A stretch of DNA of 64,000 bases from Callorhinchus milii (GCF_018977255.1 NW_024704742.1:2482001-2546000), one strand, 5' to 3'; shown: positions 1 to 14,202, counted from the first letter of the stretch. Numbers and translations: made by a program. Notes: generated by a model from the letters alone, not told the origin.

Positions 1-984
1 GAGGATTGACTTTACGGGGAGAACCTGACAACTGGCAAAGCGCAGAGGGAGTGAGGATGAATAGATGTGCGGAGGATGAGTCAGAGCACCAAAATAGTGG
101 AGCTGTAAATGAATCCGCTAATGAATACGCTTTTAAAGTAGTCAGGAATATTTGGCCAGAATCAAACCGATCAGTGTTGCTCGGTTTCTGCACACTTCTC
201 AATTACTACCGCACTGTACTGCACGCAGCCCTCCTCGCTGCGCTGTAGTATGTGCCTGCGTTCTTTGTTCTTTTGTCAGCCTTTTTCTCTTTGCCTCGGG
301 TCTGCCTTATGCAAAGAGAGTATCAAGACTTCACTCTCAAAAAGGAGAGGTCTCTCGACCCATAAATTTTGCAACAGTGCTGTAATGGGCTGCTTTCTTT
401 ATATACGGCAGGGGATTGCCTTTGTCTTCTAACTCTAAGGAGTTCAGCATTTTTAAACTACGGTATAGTTATTCACCATCGGGTTGCATTTAATAAAAAT
501 TCACAGTGTACACTTTGAACCAGAACCCCCTAGACCAGCGCAGGAAGGTAACTAAACATGAGATTGAATATTTTGTGGCATCACGGTCGTGCATTTCTTT
601 CACGACATCTCATTTTAATGCACCTGAGAGATCCACTTCTGACACTGGAAGATAATATGTGTGAACATTTAGGACGACTGAAATATTTCACAGGCAAACC
701 GAGCGCCATGATTGAAAGTCAGTCTTTGTTCAAATTGAGTAGTGGATAAATGGAATAGATGTGTATGGGCATGAGATTTAGGAGAGATTGATGCTCCCGT
801 GGTGTAACAGACTAGTTATTATAACAGTAATTCCATTTTCTCTCTGATTTTCTTTCCTTGGCCCTTCTCTCATGAAAAATGATGTCACACAAAGCATCAG
901 TCTTTCCTACCTGATCTAGGTACCTTCTTAACGATGTGCAAACAATAGTTTGCCTCTGTTTTGAACGAGTAGGATGTCGAACAA

Positions 985-1083
985 CTCTCTCGCTGAGTTG
1001 ATAGCATTCTCGCCTCTGGGTCACACTGTTGTGGGTTCGTGCCCCACGCTGAGGCTTCAACTCATATAATCTAAGCTGACACT
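985..1083 (+). mobile_element. 5' head of older tRNA-derived Deu-type SINE (family B, SacSINE1-like)
   Basis: gctgagttgatagcattctcgcctctgggtcacactgttgtgggttcgtgccccac...ctaagctgacact; same head as at 15531, 29462 and 48540. Confidence 0.6.
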
Positions 1084-1582
1084 TGATTAGTTAATCAGGA
1101 TTATTCTTATTAACTGATCGGGATAATTTTTCTAACGGGTGCACTAAGTAAATGGAACTCCTCTGTTCAAGAAGGAGTGAATGGGGAAAACTTGGATATT
1201 ACGCAAAGTTAGTCTCACAAAAGTAATAAGCAGGACCAACAGAAAATTGCGGAAATATTTGGCAAATATTGCAGAGACATTTGACAAATCTTGCGGGAAA
1301 TTGCGGAGTGTCAATTAATGCAATGGAGGTTATATTTTTACTGCCAACCTACATTTTCCACTTGATTGATAGAAGCTAAAGATGATGAAATAACACATAA
1401 TAGAATGTGTTGCAAAAAATATGTTAATTTCTTCTTTAAGCAAAACTGGGTGGACCATTTAGGGGGGAGCGGTGATGGGGGAGACCAGAGCGGGCTCGAA
1501 GAACGGCTAAAAAACAATCAGGACCAATTAACTGACTGTGGGGCTTCAGGAGCTCAACACTACCTGCCTCTCGAGGCCCAGC

Positions 1583-1978
1583 ACCACATACAGACACAGA
1601 GACATACACAAACACACACACACAAACACACACACAGACACACGCTCACAGACCCAGAGAGAGAGACACACACACACACACTGAGACCCAGAGAGAGAGA
1701 CACACGCTCACAGACCCAGAGAGAGACGCACTCACTCACAGACCCAGAGAGAGACACACACACACTGAGACCCAGAGAGAGACACACACGCTCACAGACC
1801 CAGAGATAGAGACACACACGCTCACAGACCCAGAGATAGAGACACACACACTCACAGACCCAGAGAGACGCACAATCTCAGAGAGAGAATCACACACATT
1901 CACAGACACGCACGCACACGCACGCACACGCACAGACACTCACAAACACACCTAGAGAGAGAGACACGTACACAGACA
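1583..1978. repeat. CA/GA-rich compound minisatellite, unit about 26-30 bp (CACACACGCTCACAGACCCAGAGAGAGAGA)
   Basis: Core AGACCCAGAGA recurs about nine times between 1650 and 1870, flanked by degenerate (CA)n and (CACG)n. Confidence 0.9.
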
Positions 1979-3714
1979 ACCACAATAGCAGAGTCCCTGA
2001 GTGGAGTGAAGCCTATTTCCCGCTTGCGTCGCACACTGCGTCGATTGAACAGAGAGTCCCCTGGGCCAGGAACTTCATTGCTTCGCGAGTTTATAGTGGA
2101 GGGGCTGTTTATAGCGAATTCCGCGGGAAAATTCAGGACGCACTTTTCTGTTGGCCCGGATATTATACGTAAACTGCAGTGTGTAACAAGGGAACAAATC
2201 AGTAAAGATTCGCAAAGCATGGGTTAAGTAAGGACAGCAAGTACAGGACCCCCCGCAAAGAAAAAAACTTTGGAGGAAATAACAGAACATATGATATGAA
2301 GAGAACACACCGTATGTTGCGCGTATGGATTTCCAGGAAGGGGGTTTGATAAGGTGCCAGATATCAGGGAACATCAAACAGTTCAAGTATCTTACATTCG
2401 AGAACAAGCATCAAGTTTTGAAGGTGACGCGATGCAGTGAAATTGAACAACGTTTTACTGTTTCTTCATGGCTGGTTTGTCCGCGCCACCAAAAGCTGCG
2501 AGCTCGTAACTTTTAGTTTGTTTCTAATCCTGTCTGCGAGTCGTGAGCTATATGCGGTCAGTATTTCACCAACAAGCATCCTTGCTGTATCATCACAGAC
2601 ACTTTGTCAGAACAGCCTAAAGGACGATAATCACTCTCACCTTTTTGTCAGCTAAGGTGGGTGAGCTGCAGAGCACGTCTCGTGCCAGATGGCTTCACGA
2701 AAGTGCCTCCTTCGCTTCGAAATTTCCATTCCCAGCGCTCCGGGAACCTCTTATGACCTCTCAAAGTAGGACTGTTCAGTTATTAGTTATGATTGAGCAG
2801 CATTTGCAGCTCCCCTGTGTTTTGAAGTCATTGCTCGCTTACAAGACTGTATGATTAGCCAAATGTAGTGTAATTAATGACGAATAACCATCTCTGGAAG
2901 GAGGCCTTTGTCCCTTCCATTACGGCTGGGAAAGACAGACATGCGATAACTATAGAGGTGCAGATGGAGTTGACTCTTTGGCGAACCTGGTATTTATCCT
3001 TTCAGAGTACGGAAAATGCCCTGGCTTATCGGGCAGACTCCGGGAATCTGGATTTTTGGACCAAACTGGACCGGGCTCGGGTGGGTAGACGCCTACTGGC
3101 CCGTTATCCTGGCACATACCCCCTCTACACGGTGCTCACTGGCCTTCGGTGGCCAAGGAGAGCGACTTTGCCTCAGTTGGGATCCTGCTATCTTCTGCTC
3201 ATTTGTGGGATTCAAACGGTAACGATGCCGGTGTTGGGGTTTGCTGGCCTTATTCAAAAAGAAAGCCAGTGCCCTCCAAAAAAAAAAGGACGGTGAATGC
3301 TGGAACTACCGGGTTTGTAATTACGCTTAGGGGGAAAGGACACTGTCCATCTTCCACTGGATCCGCTGTTTGGCCTTCATTTGTAACCCGGAATAAAGCC
3401 CGTTGATCACAGCCTGAAGTAGCAACAGCAAAGTAATCACTTTTATTATTATTATCATTAGATATTCCAGCCCAAATATCATTCACTTGGAAAATGCTAT
3501 TAAAGCAGAACATTCTGAAGGTGGATTACATTTCTGCTGCACACTGTGGGTGCATTGTCCGAGCCCTGGTCTGCCTCTGGGATTATTCGTTGGGATCGTC
3601 CGTAGAAGGAACGATCAGGGCAGTTTCGAGCTGTGGTTTCAACTCCAGATGAGGGATCTTGTGGGAAAACAGATGGACGAAAAGCTACTGTATATAAATA
3701 AACACAATGGGCCG

Positions 3715-3835
3715 AATGCGCTTCAAAGCGCTTCACAGGATACACGGTAAAGCGGAGTGACTGTGTATTTTGTGAGCGAAACCCGGCAGCCAGTTGCGCA
3801 CAGCGGTGACCAACAAACAGTCGTGGATGGACTGA
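3715..3835 (-). mobile_element. 3' fragment of young SINE family A
   Basis: aaagcgcttcacagg...gcgaaacccggcagccagttgcgcacagc is the reverse complement of the family A 3' half. Confidence 0.75.
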
Positions 3836-5251
3836 ACATTGTCCTGTTTCAGGGATTATTTCCCTCTCTTATAATAGGAACATTTTTATATTTTTACATT
3901 ACTATATATATATATATTCTTATGATAAGAGCATCTCTTACTCAACATTAAAAGTGCAAACCTTAATTTAGAATTAATGAGAATCTGAGGCATACATGAG
4001 GGGGACTGGATGTAGGGGGGTTTGAGGGAATAGGAGGGTGGAGGTTTGTGTGGAGTATGTAACAAAAATACGACAACAGAATTACATTTTTTACAGCGCC
4101 TTTCCCGTCGGTAGGACGTCCCACGGTGTGTACCAGCAGGGACCAAATGGGCCAAACGGGCTGTTTCTATGAGCAAGAAGGCTCCATATACTCCACTCCA
4201 AGCAGTCATACCAAGCAGTCATACTTGAGTAGGCACTGAATTGATTTGCATCTTATGCATTTATAATACAGCAGATCATATGCTTCACATAGGGCAAGGA
4301 ATTAAGAAGTTCGGAGGCTCATATGGCGTGTAACCACTGTTACTGACAACGGCCTGTTTCTGTGGTGTGGGGGGGATTTCAACTGTACACATTGGCTTTT
4401 TAATGTTAATATTAAGACTGAGTTGCACTCTTGACTCATCACTAACATTAAAAAGTAGCATTCGGCACCGGTTAGAAGATCTAACGGGATTTAAAATTGC
4501 TTTCAAGAGCATAAATGGGGCGTGTAACATATGGATGTGCGATTGTGCGAAAGTAGCTGTAGAATTGTAGGGTAGGCGATAAATAACGACTTATTATCTT
4601 TACACAAAGTGCAAACGAGATTCAATTTTAATAATAATCAGGTACAAAGTACTTCGCATTATCGCCTATAATTGATTAGTCATCATAATGGGAGAACTCA
4701 TGGTTAGATAATTGAAAGTGGCAGATAATCGAGGTTCCAACGAATGACTTGCTATGTGACAAAGCTTTACTTGTTAACAAACAGAAGTGATCTGCCTTCA
4801 ACACATCACTCTCATCTTTCATTATCATTATTTTTATTGCTGTAATACCTTAGCTTGACAAACTGTTGCAACATGGGAAGGAAATTGATTTGTTTGCTTC
4901 ACTGATTCATAAGTTAACGAAGCACAGGTAATCACTCCGGCTCAGCTCCGGCACAAAGAAAGCAAAACAAGGTAAAGTAGGACAAAAGAGGATTTCTTGC
5001 TCCTTTAAAACGGTCGTAATACTGATCCCAGCAAGTCAAATTCATTTGCTTCGCATCTAACATATCTTAATTAATATATTGCCTTAAAATATCCTGATCC
5101 AAGCGCCGCGTCGCTGAAAAGGGAGTAAACAACGAGAGAGAGTGGACTTGGAGACAAGAATTGTTAGGCAGGAGAATAGAGTTGTTGGAGGCCAGAATTG
5201 GTGGAGGAAGGGAGCGAAGAGGAGTTGATGGGGAAGGAAGTGGAGAGACGG

Positions 5252-5393
5252 AGGTAGATATTTGTTAGGTTTGGGTATTAAGGGATATGGGGCAAAGGTG
5301 GGTAACTGGGCTTGAGGAACAGATCAGCCATGATTGTATAAAGTGGCGGAACAGGCTTAAGGGGCTGAATAGCCTACTCCTGTTTCTATGTTC
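5252..5393 (+). mobile_element. CR1 LINE 3' end
   Basis: attaagggatatgggg...gatcagccatgattgtataaagtggcggaacaggcttaaggggctgaatagcctactcctgtttctatgttc, a typical CR1 3' terminus. Confidence 0.8.
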
Positions 5394-8300
5394 CCACGAG
5401 AGCATAGTTGGTGGAGAGGAGAGAGGAGTTGAAGAGGTAAGCTTGCATGTCATTTGGTGGCAGATAATTGAGGTTTCACTGTAGTTCAAGGAAATGTTGA
5501 CGTTAAATGATAAATGGTGAAACAAAAAGTGCGATGTTGATCCTCGGAGTGACTGTAAGAGTCAGACGTCATAATAGCTGCATAAAAAATTTCAGATTGA
5601 CGAGTGAATTTCTTGAACCCTTTGCTTTGCCTTTCAAAATAGCCCTCTCCCCTCCAAAAAAAAAAAGGCTGCCTGTCTAATTATGATGCCTCAGGATCTT
5701 GACAAGTATTGATTAAATGTTTCACATCAGATTGATTCTTGTTCTGTTTGGCACAAACTCCCCTCTGCCGCTGGTACCTTAAAATCGAAGGTTACTTTAC
5801 TCTTTCTCAGCGACTTGAAGGACTCTGAAGTAAGATGAGCGCTCCCATTCTGACTACCACGTGATGCAATAATTCCTCATAAATTGACAGGTGGTTGATG
5901 TTAGAAGTGCACATAATTCAGGAAAATGGGAATGTCACCAAAGTTTGATGAGTTGGTTTCCCATTGGGGGCAGGGAATCATCCCACTCAGCTCCTGTTAA
6001 CCCTTCAAGCCAAAGCACTAACGGGTAGGGCGGTCCGAGCTGGACAAGCAGCAAAGAACGCTTGTAGGGTAGCAATATCGATGAGGTTTTAACTGGCTAG
6101 ACTCCAGCAGTACCCCAACGTACACTCTGGGGTCCCTCAGCTTTGACTCTTGCCAACCGGCTCCTGATACTTCCCGGTACTAGGCGAGCAGGATGTGTCG
6201 CTCTCGGGGAGCGAGTGTGCATTCCATTAATCTGTCTCTGGGATGTGCATGTTTAGGCGGGATGCATGGAAATCTCAGCTTGGTTTGGACAATCTTAAGC
6301 ATGGCGATGGGTTTCCACATGTATCAGACATCCGGCTGATCAAAAAAATATAGTTGGTTTAAATTGCAGGATTGTATTATTACTGATGATAAAGGATCAA
6401 TGTCGGGGATGTCAGACAGGTTATATTCAGTTCTGTCACTTTTTTTCCTGCTCTGACTTTTTATTTTCTATTATTTATAACTCAAGACCCAGGTTCTTTT
6501 CACCTTGTTTTTGGAAATATATTATAATAAACGCAGAGCTTTCATACAAATTTGTTGTATTTCGATGGATGTAGTGGCCCATTGTGATGGTTTAAAATAA
6601 CTTAGGAGTTTACATGTACTTTGATAGTCCAGAGTGCCACCCCTGATACATTTAGCTGGAAGTACCTAACGCCGGCATTCATTAGATTGGCGTCCTTTTT
6701 TCCTTCAATGTGAAAATTGACCGACTCATAAGCTTTGCTCTCCAGAGTCGATTTGCTTTGCTCCAGAGAAAGCACTGCAGATTTTGACTGATCGCTTTGT
6801 GAACAAAAATCGATAGTTTGGGTGAATGCTTAGTAAGAGCGTGTGACCTTTATGTTGTAGCTCACACTCCATGATGCGCATTACCTCCCATAAGGCCGTC
6901 CCACATCAGCTGCCTGGAAGTGTTCATATAACTCAAGTGTAATATTATTTATTTCTATCCACACCCCTACATAAATTTTGTGTTTTGCGAAGCATGGAAT
7001 GCTGGTGAGAGCAGTTAATGAGCCACAGCATCCAGATGCCAATAGAGGCATTTTTTGCTTAAAAGAATACAATGTTTGCACTGACAAATATTTATGATAT
7101 TAATTTGCGACAGACAAATCACTAAATAACACTCTGGGATTTATCCAGCTATGAATTGTCCCAGTTTTTGCCATGGACTCGATTGTTCACCCATCCATTA
7201 CATAATACAGTACTCAGTAAGTACTATTTAAGTTATTATGTCTGCCACTTCTCTATACATTTAATTGAAACAAATTCTCCCCTGTTCTGAAAGTGCCGGT
7301 TCCGGGTGAGGTTGCAGGATTCCCTTCCGTCCCAAAGTGGTCATTTGTACACGTGTGAGCTCAGAAAGTGAGTGTCAGCAAGCTATTCAACCATGGGTAT
7401 CATGTTCTAGCTTGGTGGGAACACATATCAAGATCAAATCTGTAATCGCTGAACGTCTGCATGTGCATGTTCCAGCAAGAGTTACTGGACGGTCAATAAA
7501 GAGAAGGAACCTCTGCTGATGCTTCTTCCATCTTGCCCAGGAGTCACCATTGTCCATTATAGCGTCTTCACGAACTTTACAAAGAACAGAAAGCTCCCAA
7601 AAATGCAAAGATTTAATCTGGAGTCACATTAATCTCTGCTTCTGAATTCCTCATTGAGTATTTATTGTTTTTACCGAATTAGCTGTGGTCCGATCTGGAT
7701 ATCTGGAGCCCAAACGTCCAACTTGTTTTGTTGTACAATTGGAAATTCCATCACCTTCATCGAGAAGCTGCTCGCACATATTTTTAGAGCTAATTTGCAG
7801 GTTGGGTTCATAAAAGTTGCAGATTGTGTTAACGTGTACAGAGTGAATTACAGATGTTCTTCATTATGTAATTGACAACCAACGTAGAGATTCCAAATGG
7901 TTCTGGAAATTGTTGCATTTGTGGTTAATTGTATTAGTCTGAAGGCCTTTACGTGCTATCTAACGCATGGTTAACCCCACCTGCTAATTTAGCATTCAGA
8001 TAGTTAACCCAACTTGGAAATGTAGACCGTTAAGCATTGGCTATCCATTCCCCCATTTGCCGCACCTCTTTTTCCCTCTGTCGCCCCTTTACCAATAGTA
8101 CCCAAAAAGCTGTGTTGAGAAGAAAACATTTAGAACATGACAGCAATTTGCTTTTTGGTTTCGCCGCAAAATACAGTCAATTCACTTTACAGTATATTCT
8201 GTGAAGGGCACCGAGATGCCGTCTGGCGTGAAGGGTGTTATATAAACGCAAGTTGTTCTTGTTTTTGTTGCATAGCACCCTGCACACAGGGTAGTATTTC

Positions 8301-9123
8301 GGAGAGCTTAATAAGGCAGAGAACAAGAGAAATCCACTCATTGTTAATTTATTTTCCTCCACAAACAATGTGTAATCTCTTCCATTGGACATTCTGGCAA
8401 ATCCTTTCACTCTCCTGTGGAAAAGTTTTTGAAGCTTCTGCTTGTACAGCAAAGTAAATTGTGCACTATTCCGAAATACCAGTCCAACATTTAACCCTGA
8501 AGTGCTCATTCTGGACAGGCTGCTTTGTACATTATTATCCTACACCAAATACAAGAATACTTTAGGCCAAGGTTGGCCAACATATTGCCTGCTGTGGGCC
8601 AGGTTCCCTATTTGAGAAAGTCCTGGAGCCACATAAGCAATATTCCAGAAAGGGAAACGACAGCAACGGTTTTCACATTGGAAGGACATCTCAAAGCCCT
8701 CAAGGCACCTGAGCAGGGGGTGGGAGCCGAGAGAGCTGGGATGTGGAGGGGAAAAGATAACTCAAAGGATGGTCAAAGAGTTAGATCTTGATGTGCTTTG
8801 CAAGAGGGGAGGGAAGGAGCGAGTCAGAGGGCTACCAGTTGGATCACTCTGCTTTAGATAATGTCTCACACATCAACACACGAGACTGCTACACAGTTAT
8901 CGTCCCTGCCCACGTTTGTATACTCACAAATCTGCGGCATATTATTGCCATTAGCTATGGCTCTGGATGAGCAATACAGGCGGCTATTTTCTTATCTCTC
9001 TTCAGGCTGCCGTATCCTGCAATCCTGGCACGTATTGACATCTCTGCATGATGCTTCATGCTCCAATGTTTGAAGCAAAGTAATTGGGACCATACAGTGA
9101 TTCTTTGCTGTGACACACAGTTG

Positions 9124-9491
9124 GAGCCCTCACAGAACCTCATTGTGCGAGTTGGTTCAGTCAAATAACACTCGACCCCCTTAACTAACTTGGACGCCTT
9201 TAGTGTGGTCACGTTTGATTGAGAACGGGTCACGTTTTCATGGATTCCTATTTACAAACGTGTGTACTTACAGTTGATTTTTTGGAGAGTAACAGCTGTG
9301 CACCACGATGAATACAGTTATTAGATATTTTACCCCGGGGTTCAAGTTAGTGGCTTCAGAGAGTTTTAAACCCTCGGTTGACGTTCCTGAGGCATTCATC
9401 TCTCAATCAAACTAAAGGCGTCTAAGTTATTTGAGGGGGTCGAGTGTTATTTGACTGAACCAACTCGCACAATGAGGTTCTGTGTGGGCTC
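9124..9491. repeat. Long inverted repeat / fold-back element (arms 9124-9224 and 9401-9491)
   Basis: cacagaacctcattgtgcgagttggttcagtcaaataacactcgaccccct recurs as an exact reverse complement; the rest of the arms has a few mismatches and one indel of about 10 nt. Confidence 0.9.
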
Positions 9492-9919
9492 TGAATCATT
9501 CGCAGCATTTCGATATCTGAAATTGACATGCCTTGCAGCTGAAATTTTGGCAGGTTGTTTTTAATGTAATTTCACACCACAGTGTAAGAAATTCCTGCAA
9601 ATCAGTCATGGGGAGTTTGCGTGAGCAAATCTCTTATTAGGGGGTCTGCATCACTGTTCAAACTCAAAGATGTTTACGAATCTTTTCGAACGGAAATGAG
9701 AAGGAGCTTATTTTATTACGAAACGTCCCAAAAGTGCTCCAGGTGCAATTACTATCAAGTCCAGACAATGTTTTGTGGGCAAGTCCGGGAACAGCTTAGT
9801 CCTGCAAACAGCCATGAAGTGGGTGAATAAATAATGCCATTGCTTCTTGTCACCCTTTGCCTGAAAAAAAGGTAGATGGGAACTTGGTTGAGCATCTCTT
9901 CTGAAAGGCAGCACACCTG

Positions 9920-10135
9920 ACCTTGCAGCCTTTCTCCCAATTCTTTGCAGTCTTGTTCTGGAACACTCTTCCCCTATCCCCCCGCCTTGCCCCTTTTTTC
10001 CCCATCTTCGTGTCGCCTCTGGTCACCTCCCCCCCTCCCCGCAGCTTGGTGTCTTTCTCCGCCACTGTCAAGCTCTCTGGCCGGGACGCTACCGTGCCTG
10101 AGAGGCCCTATATAAATGCAAGTTGTTGTTGTTGC
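9920..10135 (+). mobile_element. L2 LINE 3' end nested in a minus-strand family B SINE (about 9700-10225)
   Basis: tggaacactcttccc...pyrimidine-rich 3' UTR...ggccctatataaatgcaagttgttgttgttg. SINE body lies to the left, SINE head (ggggcttgaactcgcc...aactgaacca) to the right. Confidence 0.65.
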
Positions 10136-13100
10136 TGGATGCTTTTAAACCACCAGACAGGGGCTTGAACTCGCCATCTTCCTTCCGATTAAGAGGTGAT
10201 CAGCCTACAAACTGAACCAAAATTAGACACCGACCGGGATGTTAATCGTATTACTTTAAAGAAAGGTTTTCATTTCCAGTTTGGAAACAGACAGAATAAG
10301 GCTGTGGAAGGACTGGTGGCAGCACATATAAAAATGTAACAGATTGCTGCTTGAGACTATTTAAACCATCTCAAGACCTATCTCTTTGACCAGGCTTTCC
10401 TCTCCCTACTCCCCCTCCCTCAGCTCCCCCCAAGCTTGGGTGCCAAGTCACCTATGTCAAGCACTTTGAGACATCCCCCCGACATGGAAGGCCCTGTATG
10501 AATGTAATTTGTATTGCAATTTTTTTTTAACCAAGTAATACTGCTAAAGTTATTTAATTAATCCGACATTGCCCTATCCCTCTTTCAGATCCATCAATTA
10601 TTTAGTCAAATAGACGCCTTATCCGTCTAGAACATTTGCTTTCCTGTGCATTCCACTCCGCTCCACATATATTCACTACTCTCTGTGTAAAATCATTAAG
10701 TCTGCGTGTTTGGAAGCATTTTTTTTCTACCATGATTTAACTATGCTCCACTAAAGGTTATAGCTTGAGGCATCTCAGTACTATTGGGAGGACATTTGTC
10801 ACATCTGGCATATCACCTGGAGACGTGAAGGAAATCTGGCCAGAAAGCAATCTTTTTCTGCATCGCTGAACATGCCTACTATTGTCTTGATCAGGAAGTG
10901 GCGCCGATGCTGAGAAGCCGCAATTAGAAAAAAATTGTTTTGTTGTATTCAAAAATCTCTGCTCTTTAATCAGCAGCAGAGAAGAGCACAAATTCTCATT
11001 TCAAGGCCCTTGAATGTAAATACTGGTCTAACTCAAATCAGAGCGAAGCTACTTGCGTTGTTTGGACAGCAACAATAAGCCTGACAGTCACAGGCTTCAG
11101 GCCAATCTATTTTAGAAAATTTGGAATTGGATGGGCTGATGGTGATGGTCAGAGATTAGTCATCAACTAAACTTGGGAGTGAATCGCTGAGATTGTCTGT
11201 TTATTCCAGTTTACTCCCGATTTAGGGATCCAGCGAGAGGAATAGGAGAGGTAGAGGCCCATTTGGAGTATAAACACCGGTATGGACTAGTTGGGCCATG
11301 TGGCCAGTTTCTATGCTGTCGCACTCTCACCTTCCGTACGTCTGCGGTTTGGATTGGATACCGCACCAGATCCTAGAAGTGAAAGAACGATGTTGTAATC
11401 CACGTCACCACACGATCTTCCTGCGAAGATGGGGGGAAAAAAAATATCCTTATCAATCCCCCTAAGAACTCTAAGTGTTTGAAATTGCAATTGCACTTCC
11501 TTCAGCCTGAATCTATAATTAATTTAATAACGGATGCTCATTACTGCCTAATTTGCCTTTTCCAGAGTGTGCCATCGAAGGCACAGGAGAATGTGCGTTA
11601 CAAATTGTGATGAATTTTCTCATTAAAATCCAGTGTGGACCAAAACAGATGTATATTGCAATTAAAAGTTACTAATCCAAAATAATAACTGAATGTTTAT
11701 CGATTCCCTGCATTTAAAAAAGAGGATGATGAAACTGTACGCCTGCAAAATTGGAAATCCAGGAGCGAAATTACCAACATAAATTATACCTCCCGTTTAA
11801 TGGAAGCCCAATGTCCCATATAACTAAAGCATTCAGGCCTGCAAACAAAAATATGGCGTTTTTAGTTCATTCTTGCTGACAAATGATATTGTTAAGAATC
11901 TTCTTATCAATCACCGATGAAAGGTCTAATATTGGATTTCCAGGTGCCTGGGATCGTTTGTCTTTGAGAACTCACAGTCCCCAGGATGCTGCAATTCACG
12001 AGCCTCATTTCCGAGTCGTTTCAAATGGGGGGGAACGGCGATTTAAAATGAAATCTGCCTCCCTGTTTGTGAGCTTTATCTTGATAAATCCCGCAGAGGT
12101 AATAATTGCAAGCCCCCTGCGACATTAATAGCAAATCGTAACAGGTGTGCTTAAAAGCAGATCACTTTTGTTCTCTGAAATGCATCAGAGTTGGGCAAGC
12201 GAGTGTCATGGTGTGGCACAGCTAAAGGTGAGACATCGAGGGAAAATTGTATGGGAGATACAAGGGGCACTGGTCCCAATTGTTGGTTTCTTATCGGTAC
12301 CTCAGGTTGTGCTGAACAACAACTTTAGTATGGACACTGTCCTGAAGGACTGTGCAGGGAAGAGGCGGAGGGGGAATCTGATTATGCCCGTTCTCTCTTC
12401 AAGGACAGCAAGGTCCCAATGCAGGTCAAACATTCGGCCGATCAGACTTGTGTCCTTTGTGGATCTGAGCTCCTAGGGATGCATCGGAGAGGTTTCCTCC
12501 AGCCCATTTGCAAAGTCCAGGATCAAGTAATGAGATAAATTTGTGGCAACCGGCTGCAGGGAGGGAGGACTCCAGCCTACCCTGACCTGTCGCTGATGAC
12601 CCAGGAGTCAGAGGTGGCTTAACAGTAGCCACGTCTTATTTGCTAAGGCCCCTCACGTGAGCAACTTGGATTAAGCAGCGGGGGGGGGGATTAATCCTGG
12701 TACGTTGCAAGTTGACTTGGACCTCCAGAACATCAAGGCGATTGGTACATCTCAAGCTGTCCTGCAAAGGTCCACCCACCATGCTGACCGCAGATGTCCA
12801 TCAGATAGGTGATGAGGAATCTCTGAGGCTCTGGGGCAACAGCAGCTGGAAGGCAATAACCTACACGCAGCCCGAATTCGGGAACCCGTGTCTGTACATC
12901 CAGCGCTTGGAATCCACCTCGATTAGCTCGTGGAGAGGCAAGAAGATATCACTTAAGCTCCGAAACCTGAATAAGGTTAAGTCGGAAGCAAAATTGAGTT
13001 ACTGACCAATTGACTTATTTAAAGTCCCTTTGGGATTTTAAATAGCGCTATTTTGCGTATCAGTTTCCTACCATATGGTTAGTGCGCAGGCATGTTGTGA

Positions 13101-13176
13101 TTTTGTTTTTGCCTGGAGCCACAAGAAGTGATAAATACTGATAAATCTTTACTTAGCTTCTGGAGCTTTGCAGCAA

Positions 13177-13543
13177 GGTCCTGTCGCCTATTGGTTAGAG
13201 CACTCACCTCACAAGTGAGAGGATCCTATTTTAATTCCCGGGCAGGGCGAAACCTTAGGCAAGTTTTCTTACTCCACACACACTTTGTTTACCTGGAACC
13301 CGGTCGTTAGGCAATCAGCGGATTGTTTCCCAGAGGTGATAATCCCTTTCAAATAAATCAATAAACAAATAATGAAGTGATCACTCAATCCACGACTGTC
13401 TGTGGGGGACGCTGCTGTGCGCAATTGGCTGCCGCGTTTCGCCCACAAAATATACAGTCAATTCACTTTGCAGTATTTTCTGTGAAGCGCTTTGAGACGT
13501 CTCAATGACGTGATAAGGCACTGCATAAAGATTATTATTATTA
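13177..13543 (+). mobile_element. Full-length young tRNA-derived SINE (family A)
   Basis: tRNA-like head ggtcctgtcgcctattggttagagcactcacctcacaagtgag, body gctgctgtgcgcaattggctgccgcgtttcgcccac, tail gtgaagcgctttgagacgtctc...(att)n. Confidence 0.9.
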
Positions 13544-14202
13544 AAATGCAAGGCTGGAAACCCGGTGTTTCTTGAAGGGACCTTGCATCAGTGGTGGAGT
13601 ACCCTTCAGTGTGCAGAGCTGACTGTTGTACCTCTGGTGGGCTATTTTATGGTGAATAGAGGGAGAATTTATGGGCATCTCATCATTCATTGGTGGCACA
13701 GTATTGCTTGGGTCCAATTCCTTCCAATCTGGAGAATAAATATAGGCTTTAGAAATGAAGTGGGGGAAATAGGAATGTATCATTGCCCTTCAGCAATCCA
13801 ATGAGGGGTAAACAGTTGTAACCATTTCCCCAGCAGTCTGACAAGTATTGAGGACACTGAAACCCAAATCACAGAAAAAAAAATCTCAAACATTTATTCT
13901 CATCTCGCTGCCTGTCAACGTGTAATAAACTTTTGTGAACAGGATTTATTAGCTTGTAAGAAAAAACAATATCCTGCCAACATAAGGCCTCCATGTACTT
14001 TCTTTTGAGTTATGTTGCGTTTGCATGAGAACAAATGCAGAATTAGTTTCCCGAGAAATTTTCTTTGGTTTGAGAACTGACTGTACAGAAACTGATATCA
14101 ACCCACAAATTTCATATGTTGATATCAATGCCCAGTGATCTTTGATCACACAATTCCATCAGCGTTACTGAACAACTGTCACAATTCATTTGCTGCTGCT
14201 GC

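Noticed and set aside
1366..1939. ORFs with THT/RER or VCVS repeats
   Set aside because: These are translations of the CA/GA minisatellite.
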